Shown in pieces: positions 22,101 to 32,493 of a DNA stretch of 64,000 nucleotides. The stretch lies in the NCBI GenBank assembly GCA_964036045.1, contig OZ038378.1, positions 156,984,001 through 157,048,000 on the forward strand. Direction: 5' to 3'. Below the pieces are notes generated by a model. That model was not told the origin of the DNA and ran no database searches. It saw only the letters and a program-made list of their open reading frames with translations. The stretch's first letter is position 1. Every line of letters begins with the position of its first letter. The translations under genes and the position numbers were made by a program. This stretch comes from Eutreptiella sp. 'Long Island Sound 2002'. Lineage: Eukaryota > Protista > Euglenida.

Positions 22101-23977
22101 AGCTGAAGCGCTTTCAAATGTCTGAGGGCCCTCCATCACAACTGTTCCATTCCCGAGACCGAAGCGTGCAGTCAGTCATTGAAGCCGACGGGGAAATTCG
22201 TGAGTGTCAGAAATGGAGGGAATGGTTGTTGCAGGAGTTCAGTTCCTCAGTGTTTAGGCGGGACGGCAATACATATGCTGAAATTGAAGCCAATGCGTCC
22301 AAGCGTGGACCACATGGTTGGTGTAAGTTGGAATTGTTGCCCAACAGTGAGCCGCGGGCGTGCAAGGCCATTAGAGTAGTGGGTATAAGGGAGCAGGTTT
22401 TGAAGGAGAAATGTCAGGAATTTTTGGATAAGGGTTGGATCCGCGAGTCCCACTCAAATTGGGTGGCTCGTGGATTTTTAGTGCCAAAACCGGGGGTGAA
22501 CAAGTGGAGGTTAGTCATCGATTACCGGTATCTGAACTCCTGCCTCAAGGGCCACGAGTTCCCATTGCCGGTAATCGAGGACACCCTCCTCAGCCAAGCA
22601 GGCAACCACCTCTGGACCCTCCTGGATCTGGAGGATGGATTCCACCAGATGCCTCTGGAGGAGAGCAGCAGGTTTCTCACAGCCTTCTGCACTCCTTTTG
22701 GGGTGTTTGAGTGGAACGTCCTGCCCATGGGGGTCAAGGTGGGGCCTGCAGCGTTCCAGAGAATGGTGTCCTGGTGTCTGGCACACCATCAGGTGCCAGG
22801 TGCCCGGGCATACATTGATGATATTCTCACTGGAACGCGGCCGACTGAGCGTGGCAAGGGAAAACTTTTAGATAGCCGTGCATTTGAGGAGCATTATCAT
22901 CAGGTCAGGGCACTCTTGTTGGCTTTGGCTGAGTGCCATTTACAGGTTAAGCCAGAAAAGTGCCACATGTTTATGGGGAGAGTTAAATATTGTGGGCACA
23001 TTTTAGAGGGGGGCATGCGAAAACCGGCCCCATCCAAGGTGGCGGCCATCAAGGAGTGGAGTGAAGCAATGATCTCCACTCCAAAACAGATGAAGGGGTT
23101 TCTAGGGGTGTGTAATTGGTACTCAATATACATCAAAAATTATGCAGCCCTAGCCGCCCCTCTCATGGATAGCTTGCATGGCAAGTATTCACATGTGGCT
23201 GGCAAGGAGGGATCTAAGGGCAAGTGTGTGGTCAAGAGGGAGGACAACCACATTGCTTGGACCCCCTTGATGCGAGAGAATTTTTCGAAGTTGAAAGATG
23301 CCATCTGCGAGAAGACGGCACTGTACATACCCTCGGCCGATGGAGAATACGCAATCCATGTGGATGCGTCAGATTTCGGTGTGGGGGCAGTCTTGGAGCA
23401 ACAAGATGAGCATGGCCAGTGGGTCCCCTGTGCTTTTTTCAGCAGAAAGTTGGAAAAGGGACAGCGTGTTTGGGGGGTTCGTGAGAAGGAGACATATGCT
23501 CTGGTCTCCTGTCTTTTAAAGTTTAAGAGCTGGATCGGGGGGCGAAAAGTGACTATTTTTTCGGACCACAAATCCCTAGAGTCGTGGTACAAAGAAGATC
23601 TTTGTACCATGGCCGGGCCATTGGGGAGAAGGGGGCGATGGCACGAGTTTTTGAGCCGCTACAACATAGTAGTGGTTTATAAACCGGGGAAAGACAATGT
23701 GGTTGCGGATGGGTTAAGCCGCTGGGCTTATCCTGCAGGGGAGGCAGACGACACCAATTTTCATGGATCTGATGCCGATTTGGAGGGGGTTTCCAGGTGG
23801 GAGGCCAAGGAGAAAGCGTGGGAATTGGAACAACTCAGTGACGTGGTTCCAGCCAGTCCTGAGATGTCTGTACAGGCCGTCAGGTTACAGTTTGCGGCTG
23901 ATAAACGGCGTCTGCAGGGTGCTCAGGCAGCGTCATCTGTCTTTTGTGCTTTGTATGTGGCAGCGTGGCTCCAGTAG
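19106..23977 (+). CDS. pol: Pol part 1: aspartic protease, ~850-aa linker containing a methyltransferase-like domain, reverse transcriptase, RNase H
   Basis: LIDTGC (protease); WRLVIDYRYLN, LDLEDGFHQ, MPGVK-type LPMGVK, YIDDIL (RT); VDASDFGVGAVL, EKETYAL, SDHKSL, ADGLSR (RNase H). Same frame as gag and open from 19106. Confidence 0.95.
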   Translation, partial: RRGQCVLGSPLSHRRPPIRVDYEATWKSAYVQHIELQGEEIEVPREPRPGICRKTRRGIILQGRYQLDKYPEAGPYLLQSLIDTGCEILGVIGWELIDKKYCEAADVQFRFLGAGNMELEGGKLGVRVTILLPVHTCAGVVVARCVNAFLHLASVGPRVILGYPFLTRYGLALLPSQGHLAFEEELKWTTHTMTETRGEVTEFSTSTGSVHQGIHDMPIAHIPIHVHDAFALDLPDADNSVDRSAQKGTPAQQSEIVGNVVIFNPQTEVDLGNVYEVPCEDSIQTAGLALIGWPPLQSSYTGDQPPLGGAQALRNDMYILVQALVLISYFLAFTYRSQNYCQVPPQASRSTDGLSRRQKCQNIPVIGRIEEALTSQTIRSAACCYVVAALMLLPIRIPDVPPQHTPPVHVGTARPQPPMGDIIAHIQSEVALRESFACLDSHDAELSPPTPTEAMACMMNVQYFLNKWDAGDECVTHNPIPTVEAESNPGSEPFSEDEGSLGYEEPPPEFMGGFGFWRNHIGQQVESVDQILTGPTSLETSGPSPVPGVAAAADIARGLETISNPKADSGSGMDPADGIQHRSQIQSLLAAKIRSLHQECLSMTSHHAVRLHHRRAYRLRKDATTRGVSIAKIKSRMGLRSHCFRTGQYVLTPDWRQCILNWAGSEFVPTCEPWDESTRLQLHKGDDKGKKRGLYIPWGNETLFLHPLVNDMQMAIEKVYWEGSRGVAVVPVRRKEPWFWALGEIAVDWWDLPRGESIWVDRWGVQHTQEHNIHTRVVLFDALGRHQEGMNATDWMSPQVQQKKSPKIIVRRPKRPLGQPRKVWKATVAQLARDGQLPLPDCDDMLETAIFSGPVPLSASPSPLSDVSGIPVHSPSPHSDVSGIPVHSPSPHSDVSGIPVHSPAHMHVDVTPSDCFPSSALDKHCLFDDYTGLSILADECLQDDARPPNTVATIDQTPVYDSAVVSPSLPSSTVACKGSHMPSSRRISAWIDSVTQSTKLKRFQMSEGPPSQLFHSRDRSVQSVIEADGEIRECQKWREWLLQEFSSSVFRRDGNTYAEIEANASKRGPHGWCKLELLPNSEPRACKAIRVVGIREQVLKEKCQEFLDKGWIRESHSNWVARGFLVPKPGVNKWRLVIDYRYLNSCLKGHEFPLPVIEDTLLSQAGNHLWTLLDLEDGFHQMPLEESSRFLTAFCTPFGVFEWNVLPMGVKVGPAAFQRMVSWCLAHHQVPGARAYIDDILTGTRPTERGKGKLLDSRAFEEHYHQVRALLLALAECHLQVKPEKCHMFMGRVKYCGHILEGGMRKPAPSKVAAIKEWSEAMISTPKQMKGFLGVCNWYSIYIKNYAALAAPLMDSLHGKYSHVAGKEGSKGKCVVKREDNHIAWTPLMRENFSKLKDAICEKTALYIPSADGEYAIHVDASDFGVGAVLEQQDEHGQWVPCAFFSRKLEKGQRVWGVREKETYALVSCLLKFKSWIGGRKVTIFSDHKSLESWYKEDLCTMAGPLGRRGRWHEFLSRYNIVVVYKPGKDNVVADGLSRWAYPAGEADDTNFHGSDADLEGVSRWEAKEKAWELEQLSDVVPASPEMSVQAVRLQFAADKRRLQGAQAASSVFCALYVAAWLQ

Positions 23978-26191
23978 AACCATGGGGTCTTGCTGGGCAC
24001 CATTTCTTCCCCCTCTCCTGATGTGTTATTCCCTTCCTCAACTGTGTGTGTGTTGCATTCCCCTCCCGACACTGACACTGTATCTCAGTGTTCAACTGAT
24101 GAAGGTTCCCTGGGTCCTACTTCTGAGATGGCTGAGGCGTTACAGGAGCTTATCAGTGCACATGTGGACTGCAGTCTGGAGACGACAGAGCTGGATGGCC
24201 AGGTGTGTCAGGTTTTAAAGCAGTGTACACACACTGCATGTATGTGCCCGTCCAAGAGGGGGCCCATCAGCCAGACCCGGCGCCCTGTGCAACCAGTGCG
24301 GGCCAGACAACAGTTTGCCAGACAGCTTTTAACACAGGGGTACACGCGAACAGCACATGCCATGATTGCTGGCTGCACTGCTGTCAAAATACCGCCAGCC
24401 TGTCGCGTTTTGTACTCTAATTGGCATGAGCATTATGCGAAGGATGCTTACTATAAGCATCGTTATCGGGCTGCGTGTGCAGAACCCACCAAGGAGGGAT
24501 ATGTTGTGCAGGATCCCAGTTCTGACCGACCCTTCCTACGACACCAAGGCAAGATTTGCGTGCCTGATTGTATTGTGGATGATGTCCTGCGGGCTGTACA
24601 CAGTTTTGCGCATCCTGGACTTTCTAAGTCTCGGGAGCTGTTTGAGAGGCGATACACCTGCCATGCCAGTGCATTTGGCACCAAAGAGGCGTGGTCTGAC
24701 CGTGTTTCTAAGGCGCTTGGTGCCTGTCATGTGTGCGGGGCTACGAAGGCGCGCCGTGGTTTGCAGCCTAAGGCTTGCCACGAGCAGCCCATACCCTCCC
24801 ATGTTTTTTCTGATGTGGCCATGGATTTCTTTGACCTCCCCCCTGAAAAACATCCCTACACAGGGGAAATGGTGGACTACGTGTTCACTATTGTGTGCAG
24901 GCTCACGGGGTATATTGTTGCAATTCCCTGTAAAAAGCAGGGACTGACCAGCAAACGTGCGGCGGAGCTTTTTCTCTCCCGCTGCGCATTTTTCATGGGT
25001 CTTTCTAGCAGGATTATGAGTGACAATGCGTCCATCATTAATTCAGCTTTCTTCAATACCCTGTGCAGTCTTAGTGGGGTTGAGATGCATAAGAGTATCA
25101 TCTACCGGCCGCAAAGCAACGGTCGCGCTGAGCGTGCCGTGCAGTCTGTCATTGATGCCCTGCGAACTTTTTTGGAGGGCAGGAAACAGTCCTGGGTGAC
25201 AGCGCTGCCCCTTGCCCTTTGGGGTCTCAATGACCTCCCTGGGCCTGTTTCCCCCTATTCCCCGCACCGTTTGGTGTTCGGTAGGGACCCCGTGGGGTTT
25301 GGGGATGCAGCCCCATATGCCGATGTGGATGGCTGTGAGGATGCAGGGGCCTTTTTCAGGCGTTTGAGCCAGGAGAGGGAAACTGTCCGTGCCAAGTTGC
25401 AGGCGGCACATGACAGGGCTTATCGCAAATTCTTGGCCGGGTACCCAGAGCAAGTTTTTCGCCCGGGTGACCGTGTTTGGGTGCGAAACCGCATCGAGTC
25501 GCCCCCCCTGTACCCTAAGCTTGACAGGCTATGGCAGGGTCCAGCAGAAATCTTGGCTCGGGTTTCCCCGTCCACATACCGTGTTTCTTATAATGGTGTC
25601 GAACAGGTGCTTTCCACTGAGAGACTGAAGCCTTTTTTGCGCTCCCCTGATGGTACTCAGCCACCACTGCATTATTATTCTGAACGAGACGGCCTAATTG
25701 AAACTGCTGAGTACCTGGTTGAGCGTGTGCTGGAGCATCAGTGGCGGTTGGGCAAAACAGTGCGTAAGGGTCCATTTCCTGGCGCCAAGCCATGGTTCAG
25801 GGTAAAGTTTCAGGGCTTCACCAAGCCGGAGTGGCACCCTGTGAATAATTTCATTCACGACATTCAGGATGAATGGTTGCAATATTGTCGTAACCAGAAA
25901 TTGGATGTTGGTTTGAAAGATTTGACCATGGTGGGTGCTGATGTGCTGGCTGTCCAGCCTGTGACCTCTCCTGGACTCCTGGAGAATAGTTTGGTTGCAG
26001 GCATGAGGCCTGGGGATGCGGATGTGTGCGTTTATCATGAGGGTTCGCTGTCCCGGCATCGCTTGCCCCCCGATTGTGGTGATGCTATGCACAGGTTGCA
26101 GGGATTACCCCAGATTTCGCCTGAAGAACCCCTACGGAGTGTGAGGCGCTTGCGTGTGGTGTGGGAGTTGGTTTTTGGGACTTCTTCCTGA
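23978..26191 (+). CDS. pol: Pol part 2: integrase (zinc finger, DDE core, GPY/F-like) plus chromodomain
   Basis: HSFAHPG...CHVC, DVAMDF, SDNAS, ERAVQ, RLWQGPAEI, and chromodomain YLVERVLEH...FRVKFQGF...W (about 25709-25890). Same frame as part 1 and open from 23978. Confidence 0.93.
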   Translation, partial: NHGVLLGTISSPSPDVLFPSSTVCVLHSPPDTDTVSQCSTDEGSLGPTSEMAEALQELISAHVDCSLETTELDGQVCQVLKQCTHTACMCPSKRGPISQTRRPVQPVRARQQFARQLLTQGYTRTAHAMIAGCTAVKIPPACRVLYSNWHEHYAKDAYYKHRYRAACAEPTKEGYVVQDPSSDRPFLRHQGKICVPDCIVDDVLRAVHSFAHPGLSKSRELFERRYTCHASAFGTKEAWSDRVSKALGACHVCGATKARRGLQPKACHEQPIPSHVFSDVAMDFFDLPPEKHPYTGEMVDYVFTIVCRLTGYIVAIPCKKQGLTSKRAAELFLSRCAFFMGLSSRIMSDNASIINSAFFNTLCSLSGVEMHKSIIYRPQSNGRAERAVQSVIDALRTFLEGRKQSWVTALPLALWGLNDLPGPVSPYSPHRLVFGRDPVGFGDAAPYADVDGCEDAGAFFRRLSQERETVRAKLQAAHDRAYRKFLAGYPEQVFRPGDRVWVRNRIESPPLYPKLDRLWQGPAEILARVSPSTYRVSYNGVEQVLSTERLKPFLRSPDGTQPPLHYYSERDGLIETAEYLVERVLEHQWRLGKTVRKGPFPGAKPWFRVKFQGFTKPEWHPVNNFIHDIQDEWLQYCRNQKLDVGLKDLTMVGADVLAVQPVTSPGLLENSLVAGMRPGDADVCVYHEGSLSRHRLPPDCGDAMHRLQGLPQISPEEPLRSVRRLRVVWELVFGTSS

Positions 26192-26571
26192 CGCTGGCCC
26201 CTGCCCAAAAGTCGACGGCCTGTCTGTGTTATGCATGGTGAATTCCGCGTTTCTCTGTTCTCCTTTACAGCGTGGCGTGCCATCACAAGCTGAGTCAAGA
26301 GCAAGATCTCCGCTTTTGGGTCCAGCCGTTAATTGTGGCGCCGTCAGGGATGATTGCCTGCTTTCACTGATTTTTTTTTTTTGTTCGTGTAGTCACAGGG
26401 TCCTGACTCAGACACAATGGACTGGCCCAACCTGGACTGTCTGTATCCGTGAACGTCAGATTTTTCTTTGGTCTCTGCCGGTTGACTGTGTGTTTGCCTA
26501 TTGTTGCCCTACTTCTTTTTTCGGAGGTTCTTCCGCCAAAGACCGCCAGAAATTTTTCTTCTGGGATCTTT

Positions 26572-26587
26572 GGGCTGGGGAGGGGGG
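26572..26587 (+). promoter_or_regulatory. Polypurine tract
   Basis: gggctggggagggggg immediately before the 3' LTR. Confidence 0.85.
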
Positions 26588-27254
26588 TGTAAAAAATCCG
26601 TAGGGCACATATATCATCTGGAATGGCGCCTGCAGATCACAGGCGACGCAGAACCGTGGGTCGCAGACGCCGGCACAGCTGAGAAGGATTTTAATAGTTT
26701 TTTTGTGCTACGGAGTGAACCAGGTGGCTTTATTCGTTTTTGTCTGCAGACATGCAGACAGTAATACAGTGCATTGATGCAGGAGTGAGACGACAGTTTT
26801 TAAATTGTGTCTGGACTGACAGCCGTCGCACATTGCAGTACATGTGCGCCGCCCATCAGTAGGAGTAGCATCGTCATGAGAATGCATGTTTTGTTTGCTA
26901 TTGTATCGTGTTATGTTGGACTTTCGTCATGTCATGCAGTGCATATATGTTGGTATATTAATTCCTGTTGTATTCTCTTTGTATGATCACAGGGAGATGG
27001 ATTTACGATGATTCAATATGAAGTTTTCTTACATTCTCCCTAATTGATCGCGACAAGAAGGGGTTTATCAGAATTATTGTAAGTGGATTTCGTCGAGTCA
27101 CTTCATCCACATTTCCTTGTGAAGTTGTTGTTCATTTTGCATTGTATTGGTGTTCTACTTGCTCATTGTGCACTCTGTTTTTCCTATTGTCTTTTGGATT
27201 TGTGAAGTCAAAGTTCTCGGAGAATTTTTGGGATAGTTACCAAGAACGAACCTA
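26588..27254 (+). repeat. 3' LTR (667 bp)
   Basis: Near-identical to 14962-15621. Confidence 0.95.
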
Positions 27255-27584
27255 CCCCACCCCCAAATTACCCTGTTCTGCTGTGCTAACGTGCGGAACG
27301 TTCGAAGTCAGACGGAGCCCTCTGTTTCCTTCCTTTTTTTTTCACAAGATGTTGCAAAAGCAGTTCTCCGGCGGCTGTGACGAAAATCGGATTGTGGATT
27401 CGGACAGCGGCAGAGGTCTCACTGGGGCTGTATTTGAAAGCAAAAAAAAACAACCAATTTCAGTGTTCCGTTACCAGCCATCAATTATCCTTCAATCACG
27501 ATCGGTTGTTCTCCAACCGCCGTAGCCCCCCCCGACCAAACCTTTGTTCCACTTCCCCTACATCTGCCCAATGCTTTCCTGCAG

Positions 27585-29530
27585 GTACGCCTCTGCCTTG
27601 CAGACGTGTATGAGGCCAAGGGCGAACCCGTTCGTGTCGTGGAGGTTCTCGTGCCGTATCTAAAGGCACTGATGCCGAAGGACGACTGCACCTGCGACTT
27701 CTTTCCACACGTTACGGACGCGGCCGCGTGGATGCTGCTCAGGGTCGTGCGGGCGTGCGTGAGCATCAGGGACCCCAAAGGCATTGCCATGGATGTTGAA
27801 GGAGGCAAGCAGACGGGAGGAAGGAGCAGCCGACCCGGAGAGCGCCGCTGGGAGCTTCTGCACCGCGGTACCCGTGCTTATCGCAGACCCGGCCCTCCTG
27901 CGCCTGACTGACGGCCCCGCATTTGCCGAGGATGTGGAGGTCGCGTCGGCACCCGCGGGCGGCGGCATCCCCGAGCGCTGCAGTCGCTGGACCTGGCGGC
28001 AGGTGGGCGACGTGCGCGACGAGCGGGGCCAGTTCCACGAGTACATGGTGGTCCTCCCCGGGTGCAGCATGGTGGCCATCTTTGTGCGGGGGGACTGCCT
28101 GATCTGGGACTACCGGAGGGCAGAGGTGGTGCACTGGATCACGGACCTGGGCGGCCGGACCTTCCGGGGGGTCGAGCTGCCCCCCGGGTCGCCCGCGCGC
28201 GCGCTGCCGATCCTCGTGGCCTCGGAGCTGGTCGTCGTTGCCCCCGAGCACCTGGCGCGCGGGGGGCATGCGGGCCTCCCTCAAGGCGCTGGGAGCTCTC
28301 CCCAACCGCAAGGCCGAGAAGGAGTGCCTCGCGCGCTTCGCGAGCGCGCAGTTCCTCTGGATGGACGCCGCGTGCGCGCCGACCGGAGACTGGGCGTTGG
28401 CGCTCGGGGACTCGTTCACGGACCGCCTGTGCACCGAGGTCTACCTCGGCGCCCCGCATCGGCTGGGGCCGGCGGGGGCAGTGCTGGACGAGGGCAAGTC
28501 GCAGCGGCTCCCCGACGCGCTGCTGCACACCCCCACCGTCCCGTATGCCCTGCACTTCATCGGGACGGACGGATCGCGCCTGGCGATCATGTGTGAAGAC
28601 CCCACGGACTCCCATGCGGCCGTCATCCGCCTCTGGGCCGTCGCCGAGTCGCGCGAGCTGCGGGTGCTGCACTGTGGGCGGTTCCCGACCCACTCCCGGC
28701 GCTTCGAAATGGTGAGCACCGCGGAGTTGTTGTTCGCGGCGTTCACCGGCTGCCAGTGCCACGGACAAATGGCGGTCGGCAAGGCCGTGGGGGCGGCGGA
28801 CCTGGAGGAGCGGCGGTGGAACCCCTGGACCATCCGCGTGTGGGACGTCGCCACCGGCGCCCACGTGGCCTCGCTGACGACGTCGCAGCTCAGCTCGGTC
28901 TCCTGCATGGCCATTGTCCCCGACCGCTGCTTCCTGGTGTCCGCGCATCTGAACGGGGAGGTGCACGTCTGGCAGTACCGCACGGCGCGCGCGCGCCTGG
29001 CCGTCGCGCACGCGGCCGCCTACGTGGTCTGCCCGGACGCCGGGAAGTCCATCTCCCTCAAGGTGGCCGACGACGTGGTGCCGCGGACGGGGGCGCAGCC
29101 GCCGGTGGAGGGGGGGGAGGTCTACAACTGCGGCGGGTGCGGGGTCGCGCGCATCCCCAGCTCGGGGTCCAAGGAGAAGGCGCGGTGCAGCAGGTGCCAC
29201 AGCGTCATGTACTGCGACGCCGAGTGCCAGCGCGCCGCGTGGAAGGCGCACAAGCCCGTCTGCCGCTTCCTGCAGAGCGCGGCCGGCGACGTGCAGGCGC
29301 TTCCGCTGCCGAAGGGCTCCGTCGTGCGAGTCGTGGGGCTCGCCACGCCCGAACTGCAGCGTTTCAACGGGTCGGAGGGGGTCGTTGAGGCGTGGGTGGC
29401 GGAGAAGGGCAGGTACTGGGTGAGGCTGAAGGGAGAGGACCGGAACCCAGCACTGAGGCCCGGCAACCTGCAGCTGCTGTGGTACAATCCGCACAGCCCA
29501 CCCCTCACCAACGAGCATGCAGTGCCCTAG
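27585..29530 (+). pseudogene. WD40-like + MYND zinc finger + C-terminal SH3-like protein (~650 aa) split by two +1 frameshifts (pseudogene or homopolymer assembly errors)
   Basis: Acceptor tttcctgcag ends at 27584. The coding frame moves 0 to 1 (about 27790) and 1 to 2 (G6 run at 28261-28266). Motifs IRVWDVATG and GEVHVWQY; MYND CGGC...CSRCHSVMYCDAECQRAAWKAHKPVC (29129-29263). Very high GC relative to flanks. Confidence 0.75.
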
Positions 29531-30227
29531 CCCAAGCCACGTGGGGCGGTGCAATACGTGCAGTGTTTTGTACCCGCGCTTAAACAAGGCCCCGACGAGG
29601 TCCAAGTGGGCTGTTTCATGGGCGTTGGAGAAGTTGCGTCTTGAGAGTCGCGCGTACGTTCAGCCCAACATCAAAGATGCGAAGAGCAAGGCTCGCATGT
29701 GCGACCCGAGGGATGAGCGTGTGAGGCGCCAAAGGCCGCGGGCCGAGACACCGATGCGCTTAAGGCTTGGCCTACCCTACGCGGGGGGGGGGGTGTTCGG
29801 AAATGCTGAGCGGGTTGGGGTCACAGCCCTCCCCCACGGGCGTAGGCCATTTGGGGTGGGTGGGGGGGTGTCGGTAAGGAAGGCGCCTGGGGAATTGTTT
29901 GTAATTTCGACATTTTGGCCTTTTTTGGGTGGGTCGGTGGGAGGCTGAGAGGGTGGCCCACCCCTCGGTCAGCTGAGGCGTGTGTGTCGCCCGAAAATCT
30001 GGATGGGGGGGGGGGGGGGTGCCTAATCAAGGTGAGCAAAGCGAAGGTAACCTTTGGTAGACCAGCCTTGTTTAACACGGCCACCAACCAAGAGCTATAT
30101 GGCGGCCGACGTTTGGAAGGGAGGGGGGCGGGGGGCAGTTTCGTTTAACAACTGGGCAGCCCACTGGGTTGGGGGGGTTCCACCGCCCCCCCTTGACCCC
30201 CCGCCCCCCCTCAAGTGTTTGGGCAAA

Positions 30228-30637
30228 TCACCTCGAAGAGAGGTTGTTAGATCAAGCGCAGGCGCAGGCATCGTATGCCCCCCCTTTTTGGGGTCGTTCG
30301 CGTTGCATACCCCAACGTATGGTTTCTGACGTCTAACCCCTTGTAAAATCATCATTTTCGGACCAAAAATGATCCCCCATACCCCCCAGTACCTAGGTAC
30401 CCCTATTGGAGGGTTGGGGAGGGGTCAAAATGTTTTTGCGTAGTGTGGCCGCTGTGTGTGTATTTGGACCTGGGTCCTCAAGAACTTTTTTCTTGTATAT
30501 GGACCCCCTAACCCATGGCGGGGGTCCCGGGTCCCAACTCCAGGTATCGCCAGTCGGCCCCCCCTCATATGGCCCCTTGCCAGTGAGGACTTAGCCGTTT
30601 TGACGCTGGGTGGGCTGTTTAGTGGCACCTAAAAACC
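30228..30637 (+). repeat. Dispersed ~420-bp repeat; full second copy 53196-53655, partial copies about 45387-45540 and 53656-53850
   Basis: Shared blocks tcacctcgaagagag...ttagatcaagcgcaggcg, ctaaccccttgtaaaatcat, tgtggccgctgtgtgtg and catatggccccttgcc...gtggcacct. Confidence 0.85.
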
Positions 30638-32493
30638 TTTCACAATTCGATTTTTTATGAAACTCTTCCTTTGCCCCTAGGATGGGTTTGAGTGATCATT
30701 TGGTGACAATACGGGTACTTGAGCACCCATGAAGACCCACGTAGTGGCCGCTGGGCCTAGATAGCCCGTGCCACGGCCCCCCCAAAAACCCCAAAATTGC
30801 TGTCGCGTGGGCTGCTTAGTGACACTTGAAACAATTTCAATTTTTGGACCTTTTTTGAAACCCTTCTCTTGCCCCTAGGATGGGTTTGGGTGATCATTTG
30901 GTGACAATACGCTTTTAGGTTAGCGGGGGGATACTTTCACTCCGTCTATTGACCCCCCCCTGCCCCCCGCAAGTGAAGGCCCGACATGCCAAGGTCAGGT
31001 TAGTGGACCCAAAGTGCACAACCAGCGGCAACGCCAGTCCTGCTGCCTGCCCATTCATGTGTCGCCGGGGTCTTCACTTCATTCGTCTTATGCCGTGCCT
31101 GCATTGTGCACTGTTAATAGGCCTGCACGGCGCATTCTGTTAAGGCAGTACACGGTCTCGCCACAACCCCTTGCCCCTCCTTTGTATTATACTGTGGCAG
31201 TGGTCCGGCGAGCCAAGATTGACCCTATACGTCGACGCAAGCCACTGTGATCTGGTGCCTCCTTACAGGGTACAGCATTAGGTTTCCTTTGCACAGTATG
31301 ATATGTGAGTGTGAATACCATCGGCCCTAAAATCACGACCCAATGTGGATGTTAGAGAAGTCAAAGACATCTGCAAAAAGCTTTTGTCGGCGTTCCTTAT
31401 ACCATGCACAGCAGGGATCCTCGTAAACCCCTTCAACTACAGAGCGAATGCTATGCCTTTCAAGCGCAAAGTAAGAAAGGAGGCGGTGAAGAAGGACACA
31501 ATTTGTGCATTCAGTCCCTCGGATGATGGGTTGAATTTGGGCAACCCAATTATGGGCAGAGTGGGTCTCATACAGAAACACCTACGTGCCAGGCCAAGGA
31601 TATCCCATTTCTGGAACCTTACCGGAGCCTCATCTTCGAAATGTCCCGCTGCATTGCATTGCATTGCATTGCATTGCCTTGTGTTGTGTTGCATTCGCAG
31701 ACAAAACTACTTTGCTGACGTTTGCCCTCATTTGTCGACCTGGAGCCAGTCTCATAAGAGCATTGTGGTGCCCTCCGAGTGGCCAGCAACCTTTTTGGGG
31801 GGAACAAGAAATGGCTGGAGGATTTTTTGTCGTAAATAATGAGGCAACTGATGGCTTTTCTGGATCGCGGTCCATTTTGGGACCATGTTTCTTGTGGCCC
31901 CAATCGGACCAAGACGTGGTTTCTGGGTGTGTTTTGAAAGTGGAGAGAGCGGTTGTGTTGTATGAGGGGGGCTTGTCATTGCAAACTTGTTCCTGTACAT
32001 AGGGGCCCAGCCGTACACAGTGGGGCAGGGTAGCCAGATGTAGCCCTACGCAGCCCTCCACAAGGGCTTTTTGGTTGACGCCAGCACCAACATTTCTTTT
32101 CCCGGCGGACCACACCACCACATCACCACACAACAGCACGACACAACACTACCACAGAACACTAACACAGCACAACACCAACCACAACACCCAGCACACA
32201 ACCCCACCACACACCAGCACAACACCAGAGCACCACGGCATCCCACAACACCAATGGTTCCGGCCCCAAAATCGGTATTGCCGGCCCCAAAAATCGCTGT
32301 TCCTGCCCCCCAAATGGATGGTGCCCCCCCCCCCCCCCAAAGAATAATATCAACAGCTGCACCAGCACGTTCAGGGGCTGCTAACCATGGCTGCTGCACT
32401 TCGATTGCCATTGAAGTCGAGGTTTTACAAAACATCAGGTTTGATACCGTCTGCCGGCCTCTTTGCCCACCCTTTGCATCGCCTACAGCCATC

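Larger units (their letters stand above)
14962..27254 (+). mobile_element. Full-length Ty3/Gypsy LTR retrotransposon (chromovirus type), 12.3 kb
   Basis: Paired LTRs, PBS, PPT, and the order gag-PR-RT-RH-IN-chromodomain. Confidence 0.97.

Noticed and set aside
5910-23977. Possible TAG reassignment, because four in-frame interruptions in retroelements are all TAG (5910, 6060, 19103, 23975)
   Set aside because: Host ORFs terminate naturally at TAG (7584, 29528), and the LINE copy is otherwise decayed. Point mutation or local readthrough is sufficient.
31345-31980. 164-aa ORF and adjacent Trp-rich frame with stops
   Set aside because: It runs into a (tgcat)n microsatellite and has no recognisable domain or splice support.
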